This document shows positions 57,279-64,000 of a stretch of DNA of 64,000 nucleotides, piece by piece. The position numbers and the translations under genes are program-made. The DNA is taken from NCBI GenBank assembly GCA_964385055.1, contig CAYLMH010000001.1:30111-94110 (forward strand), in the 5' to 3' direction. Source of the stretch: an uncultured Methanosarcinales archaeon. Its GTDB lineage: Archaea; Nanobdellota; Nanobdellia; Woesearchaeales; DSVV01. Positions within the stretch are counted from its first letter, which is position 1, and the number at the start of each line of letters is the position of its first letter. The notes beneath the pieces were generated by a model. It was not told where the DNA came from, did not search any database, and saw nothing but the letters and a program-made list of their open reading frames with translations.

Positions 57279-58049
57279 ATGGTAGCAAACTTAGAATCAA
57301 GAATAGGTGAACAAATGTCAGGCGGACACGGAGCAGCGCATGGGGATCATGGTGGCCATGGCGCTAAAAAAGGCGGTAAAAGAAAGACGCACGAAGTAGA
57401 GAAAGAACACCAAGAATTTTATGACAATATTCTTGAAGAAGCGTTTGACTGGGATTGGCATAGAAACACAACACATAAACATAATGATGCATACATCACT
57501 GCGCTCCAAGAAGTAAAAGGAAAGAAAGACATAGTCGATCGGTTTTCTGCTGAGGAAGCACTTGTTGATGCCATTATCAAATATAGAACAGAAGCAGGGC
57601 TTCCGGTGAGTAAAGATGCAGAGCATCGACATCATATATACCAAGAAGCGAGAGAATTGCTAGAAGCATATGAAAAAGAAAACAAAACGTCTGTTGATAA
57701 TTTAATAAAAGAAGGAAATCTCTATAAGCTGCTTGATGCATTCCATGAAAAGGAAAAAGGAGAAAATATAGGGAAAAAAGTGAATTATGAATTAAATAAA
57801 AGATTACCACATGGTAAAGATCCTGATTTTTATCAAGGTGTCCTTAAAGCACATGGAAACTACACAGGACAACACTTAAGCAAAGGAAAACTTGCAAAAT
57901 TCGGAACAAGAGAAGGACTAATTAATGCATTCTCCACACTGTATGGGTCAGAAATGAACAGAATGCTTGAAGAATATGTCAAAGCAGAAGAAGGGCATGC
58001 AGATCACGGACACAGCGGTGGTCATGGTGGCGGTCACGGCGGACATTAA
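57279..58049 (+). CDS. Hypothetical protein with Gly/His-rich N- and C-termini
   Basis: N-term GGHGAAHGDHGGHG and C-term GHADHGHSGGHGGGHGGH around a helical charged core. Confidence 0.7.
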   Translation: MVANLESRIGEQMSGGHGAAHGDHGGHGAKKGGKRKTHEVEKEHQEFYDNILEEAFDWDWHRNTTHKHNDAYITALQEVKGKKDIVDRFSAEEALVDAIIKYRTEAGLPVSKDAEHRHHIYQEARELLEAYEKENKTSVDNLIKEGNLYKLLDAFHEKEKGENIGKKVNYELNKRLPHGKDPDFYQGVLKAHGNYTGQHLSKGKLAKFGTREGLINAFSTLYGSEMNRMLEEYVKAEEGHADHGHSGGHGGGHGGH

Positions 58050-58073
58050 CAATTAATTTTCTCTTCTTTAATT

Positions 58074-58655
58074 TTATTTCTTCCTTTTCACCACTTTTCC
58101 ATTCTGATCAGAAACAAAATCAACAAGTGTCGAAGGATGTGCTTTCTTGAGCCCTTCATAAAGAATAAATCCTACTTTCTTGAGCATATGATGAGGGACA
58201 TCATGAAGAGAAGTCATAAACGGCGCACCGCTGATATTCACGCTCGTCGTGACAATGGGCTTACCATACGCAGCAACAACAGAAGCAAACCAATGCTTCG
58301 GAAGACGCACACCAATCGTATAATCCCCAAGATGCACAGAGCGGGAAACTGCTTTTTTATTCTTGAGATGCAAAATAAATGTATATTTCCCTGGCAATCT
58401 GCCCAACCATTTCTTCGCTCGAGCATGAACAACGCAATTTTTCAAAATCCATTGTTTGGAAGGAGCAATAACAGAAAAGGGTTTGTGTTCCCGCTGTTTC
58501 AAGATACGAATATGTTTGACTGCGCGAGTATTGGTCGCGTCACAGCCAATGCCATAAATAGTGTCTGTCGGATAAATGAATGCGCGACCTTTCCTGATGA
58601 GAGCAAGATATTTCTTCTGATGTTCCAGAAATGGTTTTTTATGAACAAGTGTCAT
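58074..58655 (-). CDS. tsaC: L-threonylcarbamoyl-AMP synthase (TsaC/Sua5 YrdC domain only)
   Basis: YPTDTIYGIGCDA, KQR..KP, PGKYT, IGVR, PIVTTSVNISG, PST. Confidence 0.9.
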   Translation of the reverse strand: MTLVHKKPFLEHQKKYLALIRKGRAFIYPTDTIYGIGCDATNTRAVKHIRILKQREHKPFSVIAPSKQWILKNCVVHARAKKWLGRLPGKYTFILHLKNKKAVSRSVHLGDYTIGVRLPKHWFASVVAAYGKPIVTTSVNISGAPFMTSLHDVPHHMLKKVGFILYEGLKKAHPSTLVDFVSDQNGKVVKRKK

Positions 58656-58861
58656 GATAATCCAAAAGAAATACATCTATATTAACCTTTGCCAGAACTT
58701 CTCTTAGCAATCACCTTTCACCCTTAATTCGCTCAGCTGCTTTTGAATCCCCAATCTTTTTTATTCTTTGAATAAGAAATCAAAGAAAGAAAAGGAATCA
58801 AGATAGAGAGAACGCCAAGTATTCCTAAATCTTTATATATCCTGAACTTTTCTAAACATCT

Positions 58862-60139
58862 ATGCTGAGCATTCAACTAATCCGAAAAAATCCAGAAATT
58901 GTAAGGGCAGACCTTGAAAAAAGAAATGACAAAGAAAAACTTCAATTCTTAGAAAAGATTATTGCATTGGACAATACATACAGAGAAAATCTTTTGGGAA
59001 TAGAAGCGCTCCGTGCAAAAAGAAATGAAATCTCAAGAGAAGTAGGCAAAATCAAGAAAGCAGGAGGAGATGCAGCCGCACTGTTGGCAGAAGCAGCAAA
59101 AATCCCCCTCCAAATTGAAACAAAAGAAGTAGAACAACAACATATCAAAGATGAAGTAGATTATTATCTTAAACGTTTGCCAAATATCCTGCATGAATCT
59201 GTTCCCGTCGGCGCAGACGACACAAAGAATGTCGTAGTAGGAGAGTTTGGAAAAAAACAAACAAGCGCATTTCCACTGAAAAGCCATGTAGATTTACTAA
59301 CAGAAAACAATTGGGCAGATCTCGAACGAGGAGCGAAAATCGCAGGAGCAAGACAGTACTTCCTCAAAGGAGACCTTGTTCTTTTAGATATGGCAATTCA
59401 GCGATATGCAATGGATTTTATGGACAAAAAAGGATTCCTTCTCCTTTACCCTCCGTTTATGATGCATCGAGATGTCTATGAAGGAGTAACAGATATTGCG
59501 GATTTTGAACATGTGATGTACAAAATTCAAGGAGAAGATCTCTATCTCATTGCAACGTCGGAGCATCCGATGATTGGGATGTTCCAAAATGAAATCTTTG
59601 AACCAACACAGTTACCAATGAAACATGTTGGCATAAGCGCGTGTTTTCGAAAAGAAGCAGGAGCGCATGGAAAAGATCAGAAAGGAATCTTCCGCGTCCA
59701 TCAGTTTAACAAAATTGAGCAAATAGTAATCTGCCAACCAGAAGAAAGCTGGAAATTGCATGAAGAACTTCTAGAAAATGCAAAAGAATTTTTCCAATCA
59801 TTAGGATTCCATTTCCGCATTGTCAACATTTGTACAGGAGATATTGGAACAGTTGCGGCAAAAAAATATGATATTGAAGTATGGTATCCAGTGCAAAATG
59901 CATATAGAGAAGTAGTTTCTGCAAGCAACTGCACGGATTATCAGGCACGACGATTAGGCATGCGTGTCAGAGGAAAAGAAGAAAATTATCCTCCTCATAC
60001 ATTAAATTCAACCTGCGTTGCAACAAGCAGAGCAATAGTTGCAATCCTAGAAAACTTCCAGCAAAAAGATGGATCAGTAAAGATTCCTGATGTGCTTGTA
60101 CCGTATATGAATGGAAAGAGAACTCTAGAGAAAAAATAA
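58862..60139 (+). CDS. serS: Seryl-tRNA synthetase (bacterial-type/standard)
   Basis: N-terminal coiled coil, LPN, LIATSEHP, CFRKEAG, GIFRVHQFNKIE, KKYDIEVW, EVVSASNCTDYQARR, HTLN, AILENFQ. Confidence 0.97.
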   Translation: MLSIQLIRKNPEIVRADLEKRNDKEKLQFLEKIIALDNTYRENLLGIEALRAKRNEISREVGKIKKAGGDAAALLAEAAKIPLQIETKEVEQQHIKDEVDYYLKRLPNILHESVPVGADDTKNVVVGEFGKKQTSAFPLKSHVDLLTENNWADLERGAKIAGARQYFLKGDLVLLDMAIQRYAMDFMDKKGFLLLYPPFMMHRDVYEGVTDIADFEHVMYKIQGEDLYLIATSEHPMIGMFQNEIFEPTQLPMKHVGISACFRKEAGAHGKDQKGIFRVHQFNKIEQIVICQPEESWKLHEELLENAKEFFQSLGFHFRIVNICTGDIGTVAAKKYDIEVWYPVQNAYREVVSASNCTDYQARRLGMRVRGKEENYPPHTLNSTCVATSRAIVAILENFQQKDGSVKIPDVLVPYMNGKRTLEKK

Positions 60140-60203
60140 GAAACTCTTTAAAAAAGAAAACGCGGGAAAGACTTATATATCTGTATTTCTAGAATAAACA
60201 GCA

Positions 60204-60719
60204 ATGGCAAAGAAATCAATTGGAGACATTAATGGCTGGGTCTTTATCGGTGTTGGTTTTGTCGTCATGGCAGTTTCTATATTTTTCTATGACACATTAA
60301 AGATATTTATTGCGCTTGGAGGCCTTATGACACTCTATGGCCTTGGTAAATTATCGTATGATAATCTAAAAGCAAAAATATTTCCGAAAGATGAAGAAGA
60401 AGGCCCTGTTGATTTAAATAAAGCGCAAAATCCGTATTTGCAGCAAAAAGCTGCGCAAAGACCGCAACAAGCAGCACAGCAAATACAACAGCATCAAGCT
60501 GCGCATCCAACACAGCAACAAAGAGCGCAGCATCAAGTCCATCCTCAACATCGGCAAAGTCAACAAGTACAATATGCACATCCACAACGAACACAGGTGC
60601 AACACAGAGCTGTGCATCCACAACAACATCAAAATCAAGGAAGATACTGTCATAGCTGCGGTGCAGCAAAGCAACCACATCACAGGTTCTGTGCGAATTG
60701 TGGGACGAGACTTGGATAA
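60204..60719 (+). CDS. Membrane protein with Gln/His-rich linker and C-terminal zinc ribbon
   Basis: Two N-terminal TM segments, repeated xHPQ/QQ low-complexity linker, YCHSCG...FCANCG. Confidence 0.75.
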   Translation: MAKKSIGDINGWVFIGVGFVVMAVSIFFYDTLKIFIALGGLMTLYGLGKLSYDNLKAKIFPKDEEEGPVDLNKAQNPYLQQKAAQRPQQAAQQIQQHQAAHPTQQQRAQHQVHPQHRQSQQVQYAHPQRTQVQHRAVHPQQHQNQGRYCHSCGAAKQPHHRFCANCGTRLG

Positions 60720-60749
60720 AGAAGTACGAATTTCTTAAATAAGCATAAT

Positions 60750-60866
60750 GCAAAAAATAACAACAGTGGCGCCGACGCGACGGGGGTTGTCCCTTACGGG
60801 GTGTCGCGTAGGACATGGAACAAAGTGACATGTCCGTAGGCCGCCAATGTTGTTGTTATTTTTTGC
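60750..60866. repeat. GC-rich palindromic element (three-way junction) bounded by a perfect 16-bp inverted repeat
   Basis: GCAAAAAATAACAACA (60750-65) / TGTTGTTATTTTTTGC (60851-66); TGGCG/CGCCA; inner stems ACGCGAC/GTCGCGT (60775-81/60803-09) and GGACATG/CATGTCC (60811-17/60829-35). Confidence 0.75.
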
Positions 60867-60933
60867 TTATGAAATAAAAAATGAATAGTAAACGAACATA
60901 ATCCATATAAAGCACAAAAATCTTCTTTTTTTC

Positions 60934-62001
60934 ATGGGTTTATTCGATACAATGTTGAAATCAGGAGAGAGTATTTTCCTCAATGAGCTTGCGTTAGATT
61001 TCTCCTTCCAGCCAAAACTCCTCCTCCATCGGGAAAATGAGCAATTCACCATCGCAAATTCGATTAGACCATTATTCAGCGAGCGAACAGGGAAAAATAT
61101 TATGCTTCATGGCAAGCCAGGAATTGGAAAAACACTCGCAGTGCTCCATGTATTTAGAGAACTTGAAGAGCAGCATGAAGAAATTCTTCCAGTCTATGTC
61201 AATTGCTGGCAAAATAACAGCACCTACAAAATCGCAATCGCCCTGTGCGAAGCAGTGAACTACAAATTCTATCAAAATAAAAAAACGCATGAAATTTTCA
61301 AAGATCTCGAAAACACCTTTAACAAAAACTGTGTCGCGTTTTGTTTTGATGAAGTGGATAAATTGGAAGATTTTGATTTTCTTTACACGCTTTTAGAAAA
61401 TGTGTTCAAAAAAACAGTAATTCTCATCTCTAATTACAAGGAATGGTTTACAGGACTAGACGAACGAATTCGTTCAAGACTCAGACCAGAATTGTTAGAG
61501 TTCAAAGAGTATAACACGCAAGAAATAAAAGATATTCTCGAACAGCGAAAAGGATTTGCATTCAAACCAGGAGTTCTGCAAGATGACGCATTTGAAGTCA
61601 TTTTACAACACACCATTCAGCAAAAAGATATTCGTGCGGGTTTGCATTTAATGCGCCAGAGCGCAGAAGCTGCAGAAGAAGCAAGCTCACGAATCATTAC
61701 CGCAAACCACGTCACCGCAGTCTTAGATAAAGGTGCAGAGGGATACAACAAAGAACCACTCGAATTAGATGAAGATTGCAGAGCAGTTCTTGAACTTGTG
61801 AAAGCAAACAGTGGCATAAAAATCGGCGATCTCTTCAAGAAGTATGAAGAGACAGGAGGAAAACAATCTTACAAAACATTTGTCAGAAAAGTGCAAACCC
61901 TCGGATTTGGAGGCTTTGTTTCCTTAAAGAGAGTCGTTGGTGCTGGTGGAAATAGTACACTCGTGTATCATCAGAATATAAAGAGATTAGATGAGTTCTA
62001 A
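60934..62001 (+). CDS. cdc6: Orc1/Cdc6 family replication initiator
   Basis: F.P.LLLHRENE, HGKPGIGKT, YVNCW, FDEVDKL, RIRSRL, F.EY...EI.DIL..R, KDIR.GL; C-terminal wHTH. Confidence 0.9.
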   Translation: MGLFDTMLKSGESIFLNELALDFSFQPKLLLHRENEQFTIANSIRPLFSERTGKNIMLHGKPGIGKTLAVLHVFRELEEQHEEILPVYVNCWQNNSTYKIAIALCEAVNYKFYQNKKTHEIFKDLENTFNKNCVAFCFDEVDKLEDFDFLYTLLENVFKKTVILISNYKEWFTGLDERIRSRLRPELLEFKEYNTQEIKDILEQRKGFAFKPGVLQDDAFEVILQHTIQQKDIRAGLHLMRQSAEAAEEASSRIITANHVTAVLDKGAEGYNKEPLELDEDCRAVLELVKANSGIKIGDLFKKYEETGGKQSYKTFVRKVQTLGFGGFVSLKRVVGAGGNSTLVYHQNIKRLDEF

Positions 62002-62005
62002 AAAC

Positions 62006-62617
62006 CTACTTCTTAATCCGCTTCATCCTAAACACATTCTCTCGATCCATTTCATCAAGGCGCATCTGAATAAACTTTCGCTGGACATCAAGTCGAGGAA
62101 TAATTTCAAACTCCAGTGCATTAACCCGTCGTTTGGTTTTCTCAATTTCAGTCAACAATTTTTTAATTCCTGTTTCCACTTCAGCAGCTTCAATAATTTT
62201 ACGAACAACTTTTTCAAAAGATTGAGACGCTTCATCAATAACTGCAGAGCTTGCGATCGTTCCATACCCTCTATCCGCACCTTTTTCTTTGTGCGAAGTA
62301 GTTATTTTCGGAACAACAACCCCCATGATGTTGCGAGAATGCATAGTGATTGAAGGTGCGTCGCGAACAGCAAGCGCAAGAGAACTCACTTGAACATCGC
62401 CCTCAATGGTTCGCGCAATATTCACCGTATAAAGTGCTTTCTTATATTCTTCAGTCAATTCTTGCCGAACAGTTTTCGCGCGCTTCAAGATTTCAAAAAA
62501 CTCTAAAATAAGACCGTCTCTTTTTTTCTTCAAAAGATTGTAGCCTGATTTCGCGAGTTTAATGCGATTCTTGAGCTTCATCAGCTCGCTTCGGGTTGGT
62601 TTAATGTTCTCTGCCAT
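62006..62617 (-). CDS. atpD: A/V-type ATP synthase subunit D
   Basis: KPTRSELMKLK, GYNLLKKKRDGL, NIMGVVVP, EIEKTKRRVNALE. Confidence 0.95.
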   Translation of the reverse strand: MAENIKPTRSELMKLKNRIKLAKSGYNLLKKKRDGLILEFFEILKRAKTVRQELTEEYKKALYTVNIARTIEGDVQVSSLALAVRDAPSITMHSRNIMGVVVPKITTSHKEKGADRGYGTIASSAVIDEASQSFEKVVRKIIEAAEVETGIKKLLTEIEKTKRRVNALEFEIIPRLDVQRKFIQMRLDEMDRENVFRMKRIKK

Positions 62618-62633
62618 GAATTTTCACATCAAT

Positions 62634-64000
62634 TTATTCTTTTTTTGCTTTGTAAAATTTTTCTTTTAACTTACCACTCAAGCGAGTAAGCTCATTTGAT
62701 GGAATCGCTCCAAAGAGTTGCCACCCTAAGTCAAGTGTCTCTGAAATGCTTCGATCTTCATCACGGCGTTGTCGGACAAATTGATCCTCAAAAGCTGCTG
62801 CAAATTTCAACAAGCGCAGATCGCGTTGGCTAAGTGCTTCTTCACCAACAATCGCGACAAGCCCGCGAAGGTCTCGTCCTTCTGCGTAACATGCATACAA
62901 CTGATCAGAAACTCCTTTGTGATCATCGCGAGTCTTTCCTTCTCCTACACCCAAATTCATAAGGCGAGACAAACTTGGCAACACGTCAACTGGAGGATAC
63001 ACTCCTTTTCGATGCAATTCTCGAGAAAGAACAATCTGTCCTTCTGTAATGTAGCCAGTCAAATCTGGAATTGGATGCGTAATGTCGTCTCCAACCATGG
63101 TTAAGATAGGGATTTGCGTGACAGATCCTTTTTTCCCTTTGATCATACCAGCGCGCTCGTAAATCGTTGCAAGGTCTGTGTACATGTATCCTGGATATCC
63201 TCGTCGTCCTGGAACTTCTTCACGTGCTGCCCCAATTTCTCGTAAGCTCTCGCAGTAGTTCGTCATGTCTGTTAAGATAACAAGAACGTGCATGTCTTTT
63301 TCAAACGCGAGATATTCTGCAGTCGTCAATGCCATTCGTGGAGTAACAAGACGTTCAACTGCAGGATCGTCTGCAAGATTCAAAAACACAACGCTTCTAT
63401 CGAGAGCGCCAGTTTCTTCAAATCCTTTCATGAAGTATTGTGCTTCTTCGTTGGTGATACCCATTGCTGCAAACACAACAACGAAGTTTTCCTTTTGTCC
63501 AACAACCTTTGCCTGACGTGCGATCTGCAATGCAATTTCGCTGTGTGGCAATCCGCTTCCGGAAAAGATAGGAAGTTTTTGTCCACGAACAAGCGTGTTT
63601 GTTGCGTCAATAGTACTTACTCCCGTCTGAATAAAATCACTTGGCTGTTCTCTGCTGTACGGATTGATTGCTGCGCCAATGATGTTCAATTTCTTTTCTG
63701 GAATAATGCCTGGACCGCCATCAATAGGTTTTCCCGCGCCATTGAGAATACGACCAAGCATTTCCTCAGAAACATTAACTTTCAGCGATTGTCCTAAGAA
63801 CGTCACGCTGGCTTCTTTATCAAGTCCAGATGTTCCTTCAAACACTTGAACAACAACAAGATCATCGCTCGTGTCAAGGACTTGACCATTTTTTATTGAG
63901 CCATCAGAGAGTCGTAAGGTGACAATCTCCCCGTATCCAACAGGTTCTGTTTTTTCAACAAAAACAAGTGGTCCTGCAATTCGATTAATTGTTTTATATT
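62634..64000 (-). CDS. atpB: A/V-type ATP synthase subunit B (5' end just beyond window)
   Basis: Frame open to the window end ([15 protein letters not shown]...QVFEGTSG); [60 protein letters not shown]. Confidence 0.97.
   Translation of the reverse strand, partial: YKTINRIAGPLVFVEKTEPVGYGEIVTLRLSDGSIKNGQVLDTSDDLVVVQVFEGTSGLDKEASVTFLGQSLKVNVSEEMLGRILNGAGKPIDGGPGIIPEKKLNIIGAAINPYSREQPSDFIQTGVSTIDATNTLVRGQKLPIFSGSGLPHSEIALQIARQAKVVGQKENFVVVFAAMGITNEEAQYFMKGFEETGALDRSVVFLNLADDPAVERLVTPRMALTTAEYLAFEKDMHVLVILTDMTNYCESLREIGAAREEVPGRRGYPGYMYTDLATIYERAGMIKGKKGSVTQIPILTMVGDDITHPIPDLTGYITEGQIVLSRELHRKGVYPPVDVLPSLSRLMNLGVGEGKTRDDHKGVSDQLYACYAEGRDLRGLVAIVGEEALSQRDLRLLKFAAAFEDQFVRQRRDEDRSISETLDLGWQLFGAIPSNELTRLSGKLKEKFYKAKKE

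Noticed and set aside
58690..58850. Hydrophobic minus-strand frame (GILGVLSILIPFLSLISY...) upstream of tsaC
   Set aside because: No in-frame ATG, and it overlaps the serS promoter. It is explained by purine-rich DNA, though it could be a gene remnant.
60440..60640. Quasi-repeats (GCATC...CAACA) as CRISPR or tandem array
   Set aside because: They are degenerate in-frame Gln/His/Pro codon repeats inside a CDS, with no constant repeat-spacer period.
60750..60870. tRNA or SRP Alu domain
   Set aside because: No TTCGA T-loop, cloverleaf or Alu consensus; the fold is a long stem with two hairpins.
4302..63797. Long antisense ORFs (e.g. 4302..4874, 7737..8309, 14594..15139, 46624..47142, 58137..58685, 63288..63797)
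   Set aside because: They are shadows of well-supported genes on the opposite strand and carry no motifs.
46258..64000. Inteins in RadA, Cdc6 or ATPase B
   Set aside because: The proteins are normal length with contiguous motifs.
1..64000. Stop-codon reassignment, CRISPR arrays, transposases, prophage
   Set aside because: TGA, TAA and TAG all end conserved proteins at expected positions. No repeat-spacer array or mobile or viral hallmark gene was recognised.

Overview
AT-rich archaeal DNA, most likely DPANN/Woesearchaeota-like. This is inferred from RadA, Taw1/TYW1, Orc1/Cdc6, A/V-type ATPase B and D subunits, an unlinked 5S rRNA and TATA boxes just upstream of start codons. About 1-45 kb is a very large surface-glycosylation region. 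It holds ADP-heptose-like genes, a CDP-3,6-dideoxyhexose-like operon with an RmlD-RfbH fusion, UDP-GlcA/UDP-Xyl genes, a flippase, six GT2s, a GT4 and a GT9. Seven GT-C-like membrane proteins occur in the window; four form a distinct Cys-motif paralog family, one of which lies outside the cluster at 47.9-49.9 kb. The cluster is interleaved with three cobalamin-dependent radical SAM enzymes, three class I methyltransferases and a ferredoxin-DUF4346 fusion, which together look like an undescribed glycan or glycolipid radical-tailoring system. The rest is mostly housekeeping (scpB, radA, taw1, tsaC/sua5, serS, cdc6, atpD, atpB). It also has a degenerate RelA/SpoT-like gene, an AAA+/VWA pair facing a His-rich protein, and two structured non-coding elements (upstream of the radA operon and of cdc6). 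Two microproteins missed by the ORF track were found. No CRISPR array, tRNA or transposase was seen. All family calls come from motif recognition by eye; no searches were run.
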